64,000 bases of DNA from Lingula anatina (lineage: Eukaryota; Animalia; Brachiopoda), in assembly GCA_051362555.1 (NCBI GenBank), contig CM120645.1, positions 15,314,001 to 15,378,000 of the forward strand, written 5' to 3'. The position numbers were made by a program, and so were the translations under genes. This document shows positions 23,201-34,135 of this stretch, piece by piece. Below the pieces are notes generated by a model, which was given only the letters and a program-made list of their open reading frames with translations, was not told where the DNA came from and searched no databases. The stretch's first letter is position 1; each line of letters starts with the position of its first letter.

Positions 23201-26200
23201 GAAGACAACAAAGGTCATTATGACACAGAAGTAGTCAATACTGTTTTACAGAATTTTTATGTAGATGACTGTTTAAAGTCAGTAATGGGTGAAACAGAGG
23301 CAATTACCATGGTCAGTCAATTACAGAGTCTGCTGCAAACAGGAGGTTTCCACCTGACGAAGTGGATTAGCAACAGCAGAGAAGTGTTATCCAAGATACC
23401 AGACAAAGACAAAGCCAAGCCTATAAAGAATCTTGATTTGAATTTACAGGCCTTGCCGACAGAACGTGCTCTTGGTGTTTGCTGGGACATAGAAGTGGAC
23501 AGCTTCACCTATAAAATGGATCTTGAGAAGAAACCATTGACCAAGAGAGGCCTTTTAAGTGTCATCAGTTCTATTTATGACCCCCTGGGCTTTATTTCTC
23601 CCTTCACTATCAGAGCGAAGAAGATGTTACAAGATTTAACACGTAATAAGATAGGTTGGGATGAAACTGTGCCTTATAAAACCCAGGTAGAGTGGTCAAG
23701 TTGGAAGGACAGCTTGCCCAAGATGAAAGAAATGAAAGTACCAAGATGTGTACAGCCAGTACAGCCTGAGAAGATTGCCAGCATTCAGTTACACCATTTT
23801 TCTGATGCGTCTACCATGGCTTATGGTGTTGTAAGTTACCTCCGTGTACAGGACATCTCAGGTCAGATACATACTTCATTGTTGATGTCAAAGGCTCGGT
23901 TGGCACCGATCAAGCAGCTTACAATTCCGCGTCTCGAGCTTACAGCAGCTACTATGGCAGTCAGATTAGATTACATGATACGACAGGAACTCACTTTTCC
24001 TGTGGACAGTTCAATATTTTGGACAGACAGCTTGTGTACTTTGAGTTACATTCGAAGTGAAGATAAACGATTTCAAACATATGTTGAAAACAGAGTCTCT
24101 GTCATCAGAGAAGGTTCAATTCCGTCACAGTGGCACTACATCGATTCAAAGAGGAACCCAGCTGACGATTGCACAAGGGGACTCGCTGCCCATGAAATGG
24201 TTAACAGTATCAGATGGATTGAAGGACCAGAATTTCTTAAGCAGACTGAGTGCCACTGGCCAGAAACTCCAGATGTTAAGGGAGTTTCAGATGAAGATAA
24301 AGAGTTAAAGAGACCAAAGACATGTCTAGCACAAAGAAGTGAGTCAGTACAAGAATCAGTGATAGATAAGATTCTAAAACGTCGATCTTTGTGGAAAAAG
24401 CTGAAGAAAGATGTTGCTGTGATACTACGCTTCAAACAGTGGTTAATAGCAAGACATAGAAGAGAAAAGGTGAATGTACCCACAGGTCCACTTTCAGTGG
24501 AAGAAACAGAAAAGGCAGAGTTAGAAATCTTGAAGTATATCCAAGGGCAACACTTTGGGAAAGAGCTCTCAGAAATTAATCGAGCTGTAAACAGTCAGAG
24601 TGGTGTTAAACGTGCAAGTAAGCTGTTTAAGCTTGCACCAGTGATGCATTCTTCAGGTGTGTTAGTAGTTGGTGGTAGATTGAACAATTCAGCTATTTCA
24701 GAAGGGATAAAAAATCCAGTGATTTTACCACAGCACCATATTGTAGATTTGATAATTGAAGAGCAACACAAAGCCTTAGGACATAGTGGACGGGAATATG
24801 TGCTTTCTGAATTGAGACAGAACTATTGGATTATAGGAGCAAGGAAATCCATTCGCAGAGTGATCAGCAAGTGTGTCAAATGTAAGCGAAACAATGCGTT
24901 ACCATGTCAGCAAAGAATGGCTGATTTGCCAGCAGCTAGAGTTACACCCAATGAACCATGTTTTACTTATGTGGGTGTGGACTATTTTGGTCCATTTTTT
25001 ATTAAACGTGGAAGGTCAGAGGTTAAGAGGTATGGGTGTTTATTTTCATGTTTAGCATCAAGAGCAGTGCATATTGAAATAGCACAATCACTAGATACTT
25101 CATCATTTATTAATGCCCTGCAGCGTTTCATCAGTAGACGTGGAAAACCCAAGAAAATATTTTCAGACAATGGAACTAACTTTGTTGGTGCAGAGCGTGA
25201 ATTGAAGGCAGCTGTCACAGAATGGAATCAGAGTAAGATACATGATTATTTACACCAGAACCACATAGATTGGCATTTTAACCCACCTAGTGCTTCACAT
25301 ATGGGTGGTGTATGGGAAAGATCCATCAGAACTGTTAGAAAGGTATTAAGAGGTGTTGTGACAGAACAGGTTTTAGATGATGAGAATCTTGTCACTTTAA
25401 TGTGCATTGTGGAAGCAATTGTGAATGGGCGTCCGTTGACACAGGTGTCCAGTGATCCCAATGATTTGGAAGCGTTGACCCCAAACCACTTGTTATTGTT
25501 ACGTTCTGGGTCTGTGCTCCCACCAGGTAATTTTGACAAGACAGACACATATAGCAAGCGCAGATGGAAGCAGGTTCAGTATTTGGCAAACATTTTCTGG
25601 TGCAGGTGGATAAAAGAATACTTACCTACCCTGCAAAGTCGTCAAAAGTGGTTGGAGCCAAAGCGAAATTTGAATATTGGTGATATTGTGTTAGTGATTG
25701 ATGAAGATGTTCCTAGAAATGTGTGGGCAATTGCTAGAGTGATAAATACTTACCCAGGAAAGGATGGACTTGTTCGCACAGTTCAGATTAAGACTAGGAA
25801 TTCTATATTGATGCGACCAATACATAAACTGTGCTTGTTAGAGGAAGCGCAATAAATGAACAAACATTATAGTGTGCAACTGTAGTTTTAAGGGGAATCC
25901 CCGTCGAGGAGCCATCAGTTGACTTGAGTGAACTTTTTATGTTTAGACTGGCACATTGTATAAGCTCTGGACTGGATTAATTTCAGTGTTATGGACTGTT
26001 AAATGTATAGAATCTTTAAAATTAAGACTGTTTTCACATTTTGTTTAAAAAGGAAAGGGTTTGTTTTCATGTGAATGACAGGTTGACATGTGTGAGAGAG
26101 ATAGATATGCTTACAATGTTGGTTTATGTTATGTTCAGTAATTGCTCATAAACTTTGATGCATAATGCTTATAGACATATAGTGATGGTTATTGAGTTTA

Positions 26201-26616
26201 AAATTGTTTAATAGGGAAGGTAAAGTTAAGTTAACAAAATTGTTTTGATATATATATGTATGTAGTATGGTAATGGATGTTAAATTTTTGGATTTGTGTT
26301 AGAGTTTTGATATTAAATGATAGTTTAAGTAAATTGTGGGATTCACAATTTAAGGGAGCCATGTAACTGACAAGTAGCATAATTGTAGTATCGGTGTTGA
26401 TGGTTTTTAGTTTTTGCCCAGCACGTGCCATGTTAACTTTTTTAGACAGTCTCGCAACGAGTTTCAAGTTGTTTCCAGTTGAAAGTTGATGTAAGTTGAC
26501 TTAAGTTGATGAAACTTTATGTAACTGATACAAGACAATACACAGTACCAGTTGATGTTACCAGTTGATGTTATATATCGTTGACAGTTGAATAAAATTG
26601 ATCGACACCCGCAACA
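20216..26616 (+). mobile_element. Full-length BEL/Pao LTR retrotransposon with identical 255-bp LTRs and 5-bp TSD CAGGG
   Basis: LTRs 20216-20470 and 26362-26616 (TG...CA; no differences seen). CAGGG at 20211-20215 and 26617-26621. Purine run aagggag precedes the 3' LTR. Confidence 0.97.
20522..25855 (+). CDS. BEL/Pao gag-pol polyprotein, 1777 aa, uninterrupted
   Basis: Three Cys/His knuckles, protease ALLDSGS, RT YVDD, RNase H HHFSDAS/WTDS, integrase HHCC plus VDYFGP/SDNGTNF/GGVWER, and BEL C-terminus RPIHKL. Confidence 0.96.
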   Translation: MDVQQKMEDIETASLFSSLSTSSTEARLKAKAKRMAIEAELASFEVKKHLDEQELKLKQQREKLKLDTERAKLLAEETAYAEAEMETSAPISSTKQDIQVNSTNLTQNQSSHDVIHHLVNSIQIPKVEIDKFDGDPLQYWNFIKTFENSVEKETVDSGARLIRLLHYTSGKAHGVIQCCAVMNPEDGYKKAKALLKERFGSAYTITETWVKKITTGPAIKANDVTKLRDYADELRTCAETLEAMGNSSELSTQSSLVKIIERLPGYLQHKWKQEVRKIRKEGRCPDIKDVTAFVVENAEIANDPVYGGLAHVKRSDSRSDSQRRPNNRWSYSITATSSQPKGDTSSQPYGDTRKSIQSPCIKCGSSHSLFGCTEFKAMKLPERLKFANDNKLCYNCLKPGHFSEMCRLQRTCSVQGCNQKHTKFLHQVKPTVTREPVHEDLSHIQTGLNTSLSAVNEVSYGAHGTRKESGMRIALPIVPVKVKVPGKAQFVHTYALLDSGSTSTFCSEELKQSIGAQGENTVLKLTTLEKEQSVSETVVISLQISDLEHKNVIDLPVVYTRPSLPVNMENMGRAEDIRKWSHLQDVNFPEIDHMNAKVSIIIGQDNPEVLMPIDVKRGQSPNEPYATKTVLGWTLNGPLGGKRRHVATATFIQADRELNEQLEQFWKIEGHGTLISDKKGLSIEDKRVIALWEDKIQHDEHYSLPIPFKDRQPQFPPNKQMAEQRLDSLKRKLSHDPNLHQAYTEFMEDLIDKGYAEQVSPEEVDKEDGSVWYLPHHNVVNLKKPDKVRVVFDCKASHQGVSLNSQVLQGPDIVNSLLGVLLRFRQHPIAIMSDIEAMYHQVKVPEVQRDSLRFLWWPKGDLEREEKVYRMTVHLFGGKWSPSCCNFALQRTAEDNKGHYDTEVVNTVLQNFYVDDCLKSVMGETEAITMVSQLQSLLQTGGFHLTKWISNSREVLSKIPDKDKAKPIKNLDLNLQALPTERALGVCWDIEVDSFTYKMDLEKKPLTKRGLLSVISSIYDPLGFISPFTIRAKKMLQDLTRNKIGWDETVPYKTQVEWSSWKDSLPKMKEMKVPRCVQPVQPEKIASIQLHHFSDASTMAYGVVSYLRVQDISGQIHTSLLMSKARLAPIKQLTIPRLELTAATMAVRLDYMIRQELTFPVDSSIFWTDSLCTLSYIRSEDKRFQTYVENRVSVIREGSIPSQWHYIDSKRNPADDCTRGLAAHEMVNSIRWIEGPEFLKQTECHWPETPDVKGVSDEDKELKRPKTCLAQRSESVQESVIDKILKRRSLWKKLKKDVAVILRFKQWLIARHRREKVNVPTGPLSVEETEKAELEILKYIQGQHFGKELSEINRAVNSQSGVKRASKLFKLAPVMHSSGVLVVGGRLNNSAISEGIKNPVILPQHHIVDLIIEEQHKALGHSGREYVLSELRQNYWIIGARKSIRRVISKCVKCKRNNALPCQQRMADLPAARVTPNEPCFTYVGVDYFGPFFIKRGRSEVKRYGCLFSCLASRAVHIEIAQSLDTSSFINALQRFISRRGKPKKIFSDNGTNFVGAERELKAAVTEWNQSKIHDYLHQNHIDWHFNPPSASHMGGVWERSIRTVRKVLRGVVTEQVLDDENLVTLMCIVEAIVNGRPLTQVSSDPNDLEALTPNHLLLLRSGSVLPPGNFDKTDTYSKRRWKQVQYLANIFWCRWIKEYLPTLQSRQKWLEPKRNLNIGDIVLVIDEDVPRNVWAIARVINTYPGKDGLVRTVQIKTRNSILMRPIHKLCLLEEAQ

Positions 26617-27283
26617 CAGGGGAGCTAGTACAGTTTTGGTCCCAACTTGTATAATTTATAATATTGCACAGGGAAGATAGTTCCATTATTATTAGGGAAC
26701 AATGTGGGCAATTTTAACTCTGATAGTCTTAAACTGGCTGGACTATGGTTTTATTAAAAAAACTAGTAATATGTATATGGTCCTTCTATTAGATTATAAT
26801 CATCTGGTTGTAAGAATAAAAGCATGAGCAGATGAAAATGCACATATGAAATCAATCTTCAGGGCTGTATTTTTTCCAGTTACTAGCATTTTATCTAAAA
26901 ATGTCAAAATATGCAAATTCCAATGACAAATTGATAGTTACTACTCATATTTATGGGAGACGGCTTTTTTAAGACTGTAGATATTTGAACACCATTGTAA
27001 AAGCCAGGTTGAAGGTTGATTTCCTGATAGCGATGGTGAAAGTGTGCCAAAAATCGTGAATGTGGTTTTAGCAGGAATTTTGGTGGGTTTACATCATACG
27101 AAGTAATAAGCATTCAATTTTGTATTATATCATGTAACATTATATTACTATATGATATTGTATTATCTCATTATATATTACATAATTATAAAGCATACAC
27201 AAGTACTGATGGAGTGTTTTCATAGAATTGTAATTGTGAACTTGGTTTTATTTACTTTCACTGAAGTGAAGAAGAAATGGGAT

Positions 27284-27624
27284 CACTAGTGGGCTGGATT
27301 TGGTCTTAAAGTGCACTTTAAGTTCACAAGTGATCTTACACAATCTTAAACATTACAGCAGTAGTCTTAAAATGGACTGAATCTGCTTTTAAGATCAAAA
27401 ATGATCTAACATCTACTTAAGTGTTCAAGCACGTTTCCTCCCCTCACAATGGGGGATACCTCCCCTAACAACAGAGGACACCTCTGCTCACAATAGGAGA
27501 ATGTGTAAGGGGAGACAATTTAATTGGCTGTTAGACCAGAAATAGTCTTACTCATGTTTTAAGATCATGTAAGACTATTTGTGAACTTAAATTGCACTTT
27601 AAGACCAAATCAAGCCCACTAGTG
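27284..27624. mobile_element. MITE with CACTA termini (EnSpm/CACTA-like)
   Basis: cactagtgggctggatttggtcttaaagtgca...tgcactttaagaccaaatcaagcccactagtg. Absent from paralogous flanks at ~41680 and ~54120. Flanks gat/aat. Confidence 0.8.
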
Positions 27625-28229
27625 AATTCTATTGACCTGTATAGTTTTTTACAGAATTGTAGTCATATATTTGGCTTTATTACTTTCACTGAAGTGAAGA
27701 AAAAATGGGATTCTAATGACAGGTTTAATTTTTCATCAGCTGGTTATGTTAACAAATTTAATTTGCCTAAAAACGGCTATTATTATAATCAAAACAGCTG
27801 ATTATCTACTAGTAATTTCTCATTTTATTAATGTCTGACATGATGGCTCAAAAGTTTAATTTGCAATTTAGCAATAAAACTGGTAACGGACCAATCCAAG
27901 GCAGATTTCATGAAAATAGGTTATGTGACCATTCAGGTAAAAACCTTATGCACAGCTTCTTTTGAAAAAAAATTCAACTGTGTGAAAATTGTTGAAGGCT
28001 TAATAAAGAATATATCTCCTGATGTTTTATGTTCTTACCTTGTATGGAGTTACTCTTTGTGTGCAGTGTTTTGTATTCATATGGGACATGGTATGTACAG
28101 AATTCTCCTCTATACTTCTGCCCCTCCCTTCCCCCCAAAAGAATCCTGTATTCTTTTGAATTTGATAAATTGGTGGAGGTACCAAACTTTTAATAATATT
28201 GTTTAAAAGGAAGATCCCAGACTTTCACA

Positions 28230-29600
28230 ATGAAAAAATATTCTCCTAAAGAAACACGAAGTTATACATCAGCTGCCAGAAAAATGGATAGAGACATCAT
28301 AAAAGATAAATTGAGAACTATCAATGAAGATGTCGGAGAGAATGAAAATGATAAAAATCCAGAAAGCACAAAGGCAGCAAAATTAATACCAGATGCTATG
28401 ATGTCGCCAATTTACATGAGTTCAGTAACTATAACACCAAGCAGACAGCATTCTCCACTGCAAGCTACTGGTATCAGCAAACCAACTGCAGTGATGGAAA
28501 ACTACACCATGATTCTGAGTGTACTTCCAAAGGCAATGAGTACAGAGAGCCAGCAGTTCCCATGGCATCCAAGTGATCAAGGAACCTCTATGCGGGCAAG
28601 TGTTCATCAGACCCCAGAAGTAACAACAGCTACGAGACATTTTCCACCTTATGACAATCTCCTAACCACAACAGCAAGTCCAGAAGTTCCCCATACATCA
28701 TCAGCTAGCCAGTCAACGAATAGAGAGCAACAGATAAACAATTCTGTTGTTATTACAATTCCTCAACATGTAAGCCCACTGCCATTTCAAGGAGAAAGTT
28801 GTGAAAATGGAAGGGAATGGATAGAGAAGTACATTCAATATTGTACACTAATGAAATATTCAAATGAACAGAAAGTGTCACTTTTTCAATTTTTTATGAC
28901 TGGAAAAGCAAGACAATGGTTTCTATCTTTGGAAGACAATGTGAAAAATAATTTTGATTCTTTAGTAACACATTTCAAACAGAGATATGGTGAAAATAAT
29001 CTATCTATCAGAGCCAAAATGGTTCATTTATTTTCTTTGAAGCAAAATTGTGAAAATGTACAAGACTACATTGCAAAAATGATAAATCTAGGGAAAGACA
29101 CAAATCTTCCCGAAGAACATCTCAAAATGGCTATCATAAATGGTTTAGATAGTAGCATTAAAACAATAGTGGTGCAGCAAAATCCAAGATCAATTAATGA
29201 CTTGATAAAATCTTCAGTCTTAGCAGAAAATGCTGTCAAGGAAAATAACTCAGCTACTGTAAGTGCACTTGAGCACAGCATTGAGAAAGTAGTAGAGAAT
29301 AGTTTACATAAAATGATTGACATGTTTCAAAACTTGAAGTGTGAAAATGCAGAGGTTAGTGTTGCAAATGGCACAGACAAATCTAATTCGCAACAAGTTT
29401 ACTTTCAGACGGGAGGAAGAACATATAACCCTCCGAACAGAAATTCTAGGCCATGGCAGAGCTGGCGCAGAAGAGAAGCAAGATGCAGTTATTGTGGTGA
29501 GTACCATCCTCCAAACAAATGTAGAGCTAAAAACAAACAATGTTTTAATTGTAGGAAAATAGGTCATTTTGCGGTGGTTTGCCAATCTGTTAAACAATAG
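28230..29600 (+). CDS. Gypsy gag (456 aa)
   Basis: Retrotransposon capsid-like region (PFQG..WIEKY..GKARQWF..LKQ..VQDY) and C-terminal knuckle CFNCRKIGHFAVVC. Confidence 0.85.
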   Translation: MKKYSPKETRSYTSAARKMDRDIIKDKLRTINEDVGENENDKNPESTKAAKLIPDAMMSPIYMSSVTITPSRQHSPLQATGISKPTAVMENYTMILSVLPKAMSTESQQFPWHPSDQGTSMRASVHQTPEVTTATRHFPPYDNLLTTTASPEVPHTSSASQSTNREQQINNSVVITIPQHVSPLPFQGESCENGREWIEKYIQYCTLMKYSNEQKVSLFQFFMTGKARQWFLSLEDNVKNNFDSLVTHFKQRYGENNLSIRAKMVHLFSLKQNCENVQDYIAKMINLGKDTNLPEEHLKMAIINGLDSSIKTIVVQQNPRSINDLIKSSVLAENAVKENNSATVSALEHSIEKVVENSLHKMIDMFQNLKCENAEVSVANGTDKSNSQQVYFQTGGRTYNPPNRNSRPWQSWRRREARCSYCGEYHPPNKCRAKNKQCFNCRKIGHFAVVCQSVKQ

Positions 29601-32330
29601 GGGTACGGGCACAATGTGAAATCTTCAATCTCTGATCAAAATGTGGACATGAGTGAAATTTTTTCTGAAGATCCCCAAAACAACAATTTAATTCAGGTTT
29701 TTATTGGCAAAAATTCAGTTTTATCCTTAGTTGATACAGGAGCAAGTATATCCTGTATATCCAAGAAGACATTTGAAAGAATAGATTCAGAATTCAAAAG
29801 TTCTATGCAAAGTTCAAAAATCAAAAGTATATCTGGTGTAGGAGGTCAAAAATATAACACCTTAGGTCAAACCCTTTTGAAACTGAAGATTGGGTGTCAA
29901 ACATTTTCTCATATTTTTCATGTTTTTAAAAATTTACCTAGAGGAATCATTTTGGGTTTAGATTTTTTGAAAACAAATGGAGCCATCATTGACTTGAATG
30001 ATAATTCTCTGTATTTTCAAGGAAACAGAAATAAACATATTTTGCAAAAACCTAATTATATTGGTTTAGTAAGAACATCTAGCAAGGTAGTTCTGGAACC
30101 TAGATCCGAAACTATTATTCCAGTCAGGGTGGCAAGAATCAATAGAATCAAAAATAGCTGTTTGTTAGTAGAACCTACTAATACCAAATTTATGTTGGCA
30201 AAGTCAGTTTTACAACCAAAGAAGGGTTCAACAGTATGTAGAATTTACAATCCAACAGAGAGATCCATTGTTATTCCCAAAAATAAGGTTTTAGCCAAAG
30301 CAACTGCAGTAGAACGTGAGAAAATTTATAGTTTAGAGAACAAAGCAAGTATTGATATGAATATCTCAGGAGATGATACTAGTGTAGTTAAGGATAAACA
30401 ATCTCAGAATGTTTATGCTAATGAAGTAGTGAAGAACATGGGAATTGACCTTTCATCATCTGATGTGACGGAGACTCAGAGAATTGTTTTGACAAAGTTC
30501 TTAGCACAAAATAGAGATGTTTTTGCATTGTCTTTGGAAGAATTAGGAGAGGTTAAAATTTCAGGTCATGTTATCGAAACTGGAAATGCACTACCTCAAA
30601 GACAAGCTCATTATAGGCAGACACCAGCTAACAGAGCTGAGATAGAAAGACAAACGGATGAAATGTTGAAGTATGGAATCATAGAAGAATCTAGTAGTCC
30701 ATGGGCAAGTCCTGTAGTCTTAGTAAAAAAGAAAGATGGTACATTAAGATTTGCTATAGACTATCGTGGACTAGCTTAACAGTGTTACTCAGCCTATTCA
30801 TTTTCCATTACCAAGATTGTCTGATATTTTTGACACTGTAGGAGAAAGTGAAAGTAGGTATTTCTCTTCATTGGACTGTGCGAGTGGTTATTGGCAAATT
30901 CCGTTAGATCCAGAATCTCAACCTAAAACAGCTTTTGTTACTCATCATGGGCATTTTCAATTTAAGCGTTTAGCTTTCGGCCTTCGAAATGCCGGTGCGA
31001 CATATCAGTCTGTTATGGCAAGAATTCTCAAAGATTTAAATTGGAAATGTGCTTTGACATACATAGATGACATACTAGTTTTTAGTAAGACCTTTGAGGA
31101 ACACCTAGAACATCTTGAGTTGATATTTCAGAATTTGAGAGAGGCAAACATGACTTTAACACCAAACAAATGTAAATTTGTCACAGAAAGAATTAAATTT
31201 TTGGGACATGTTATTTCCAAAAATGGCATAGAAGTTGATATGTCAAAGGTTGAGGCAGTGAAGAAAATTCAAAAACCAAAAAATCAAAAAGAAATGAAAA
31301 GTTTTCTTGGAATGGCCAATTATTACAGAAGATTTGTTAGAGATTATGCTAAAATAGCATTTCCTCTATGTAGATTAACAAGAGATTCAGAAAAATTTGA
31401 GTGGACTGAGGAAACAAATAAAGCCTTTAATGAGTTAAAGGCCCAGTTAGTGAAAGCTCCAATTTTAGCTTTTCCAAATATGAATAAGCCTTTCAAGTTG
31501 ACTACTGATGCATCTGATTTTGCGATTGGTTACATGTTGAGTCAGATTGGTGATGACAATAGAGAGCATGCAATTGCATACGGTGGAAGAGTTTTAAGAA
31601 GTTCAGAAAAGAATTACTGCACGTCAGAAAAGGAATGTCTTGCACTGGTTGAGGGTGTAAAGAACTTTAGAAAAGATTCGACTGAAGTATTTTTGGCCCA
31701 CTGTTTACAAGGATGTCAAACATTACGTAAAATCCTGTGAAGTTTGTCAAAGGTCAAAAAGAAAATATCACCATCATCCATCTCCATTGCAACCATTACC
31801 TATCAATGATGTTTTCCATACATGGCATATGGACATTTTAGGGCCACTACCAGAGACAAATGAGAGATATAAATATATTTTGTTAGTGGTAGAGTCATTT
31901 TCTCGTTGGCCGGAGGCATTTCCATTGAAAACTCAAGAGGCTTCTGAAATTGCAGAAATATTGTATTCTCAAGTCTTTACTCGATATGGGGCACCAAAGG
32001 TTTTAGTTTCAGATAGAGGTGCAAACTTTAGGTCAAAGTTGGTTAAAGCTTTGTGTGACATCTATCAGATAGAAAGAGTGTGTACTTCTGCATATCATCC
32101 ACAAAGTAACAGTGTGTGTGAGAGAATGAACAGTTTCATTAGCCAAGCTTTGAGATCAATCTGTGCGAAAAATCAAAAAGATTGGGCATCTGTACTTCCT
32201 TCAGTGATGATGGCATACAGATCAACACCATCAACTGCCACTGGTTATTCACCTTTTCATATATTGTTTGGAATGGAAATGGAGACTCCTTTTGATAGGA
32301 TAGTTAAGCCAGAGAAAGATATAACATCAT
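29601..32330 (+). pseudogene. Gypsy pol, disrupted (4-bp insertion ~30771, internal deletion ~31670, 3' truncation)
   Basis: Protease LVDTGAS, RT SPWASP/YIDD, RNase H TDAS..EKECLA, integrase MDILGP/SDRGANF/HPQSN..ER, split across frames. Confidence 0.9.
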
Positions 32331-32481
32331 CTTTACTTTTATTGAATTTTGATCAGTACTATATGGCTTACCTCATTCTATTTTTTTCACTGAAGTGGCA
32401 TACAGCTATAGATGAGTATAATGCCTTTGTAATGGCCATTGTTTCATATTATTTTGATACTTACAACTTCTAATCTGCCTG

Positions 32482-32960
32482 TAAGGGGCCATTTCCAGAC
32501 CCTATTGTACTAACTGTAGATCAATCTATGTCTGAGGGGATTCTCGCTAAATTGCAATGCAGTTAAGCAGCTTAAATGTCTGTCACACCTGCTGAAGCAG
32601 CTAAGGGGTATTAAATTACTGTTTAGCAGCTTCAGTAGATGGCCAGACAACTAAACAGCTTAAGCTGAAAGCAATTTAGTGAGAAAGCCCTCAGAGATGC
32701 ATCAATCCTGTTAGATCAATCTAGGTTTGGGAACCCAGTCTAAGGGCGCATTCCCATAGATTTTAGATTGATCTATCCCTGTGGGGAGTCTCACTAGATT
32801 ACTGTCAGATAATCTGGCTTAAATGTCCGTCCCACCTACTACAAGCTGTAAGGGGGTTATTAACTTTCGTGCCTGCTCGGCTGACAGCTATTTAGAGTGA
32901 ACCCCCAGGGAGTTAGGTCGATCTAGTTGGATCTATCTTATCTCAGGGAATGGGGTCTAA
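32482..32960. mobile_element. Two adjacent Harbinger-like MITEs joined at TAA
   Basis: taaggggccatttccagac...gggaacccagtc|taa|gggcgcattccc...gggaatggggtctaa; related to copies at 7813 and 9271. Confidence 0.65.
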
Positions 32961-33099
32961 GGCTTCAGTCCAAATGTTCTCCCCACCCACTTGCTCTTGT
33001 ATAATTATATATATTTTTATATAATATTATTTTAGATATCCTCTCTGGTTTCACAGCATTGTGGGCACTGTCAGTGTTGAGAGACTAAGTGTTAATTTG

Positions 33100-33480
33100 T
33101 GCTGTGAGTCTGATCCTCTTTCTGGGAACATGTACAGTACATTTACACCACCAAGAATGGCTAACAAGTCTCATTCATTATTGTCAGTCTTTTGCAAAGA
33201 TCAGCCTTTTGAAGAGCGTCTCTATTCTTTATTGTTAGCAGTTTCATGTTTCCTCCTCTTTTATTTGCCAGACCTTTTGACACAATATACCTTTGTTGAT
33301 TTTTACATTGTCTGTGTAAGAGGTATACCTCCCCTGACTATGACCCAGCTTGCATTGTTCTTGATTTTTTTTACCTTTAGGGCCCATTTGGCAGTTGTGA
33401 GGTGCACTTTATCATAGGGGTTATTTGTTGATTTTCCCCAAAACCAGTTCTTCACAATAAGCACTTATAACGGGAACGTA
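33100..33480 (-). mobile_element. Highly decayed non-LTR retrotransposon remnant (post-RT domain, RTE-X-like)
   Basis: Minus-strand translation NPYDKVHLTTAKWALKVKK...(fs)GRY-PL resembles the EKVHL.FCK..LGV..GELGRYPL motif. Many stops. Confidence 0.4.
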
Positions 33481-33673
33481 TAGTGTTAATACACCTATGG
33501 CTTTTTATTTCAAGGTGCATGAATTTCTAAAAAAAGTAGTCCTTTTGTATTTGGCGGAAGAGTTAAGCCACACCACAACTAAATTAATACAGCAGATCCA
33601 GTCCACAGTTCTTGGAACTTCGAAAAAAGTTGACAAGAGGAAAAATCTCACAAGTAGATCCTTAGATACTTAC

Positions 33674-33760
33674 CTGGCAGTGGTATATGTTTATCCTCCA
33701 TAGAAGTAAGTGCCTTCATTTTTTGTCTAGATTTATTCTCCTATGCTTTAGGCTGTGGTC
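33674..33760 (-). pseudogene. MCM10: Orphan disabled MCM10 exon
   Basis: AG/GT-bounded 87-bp exon encoding ..GTYFYGG*TYTTA with stops and a frameshift. Near-identical to 48080-48166. Confidence 0.7.
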
Positions 33761-34135
33761 CTGTATTATAAGAAAAGGTTATCAAGATGTTTGACTATTT
33801 CAAAGTGAAAGAGGAAGCAAAAAGTTGGTGGAAAAAATATCACTAAAATAGGTATAAAGTGAAAGAATTAAAAGATTGGTCTTAAATTTAATATACATAC
33901 ATATGCATTCACATACATATGTACACTTAAGGGATCTTTGCCCCCATATCTCCCCTGACAGAGAAGCAATTTTATACTGACAAATCATTGTGTAACCCAT
34001 CTTGGATCCACTGTTTTGTATCATTTCATATTAAAAACAAATCATGATATCTTGGAATGGCAATCCATCTTCTTGATATTTCATAAGGAATTTTCGTTAA
34101 CAGGTACTTTTATGTCAGAAATTTTTTTCATTTTT

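Larger units (their letters stand above)
28111..32330 (+). mobile_element. Ty3/Gypsy retrotransposon internal fragment lacking full LTRs
   Basis: PBS-like tggtggaggtac at 28171 (tRNA-Ala-like), then gag and PR-RT-RH-IN order. Both sides resume the kelch 3'-flank paralogous to ~42208 and ~42331. Confidence 0.9.

Noticed and set aside
25856-26361. Possible env gene in the BEL 3' region
   Set aside because: Only ~500 bp, T-rich, with no plus-strand ORF.
32331-32473. Hydrophobic C-terminal tail on the Gypsy integrase ORF
   Set aside because: Read-through into host flank paralogous to 42331-42430.
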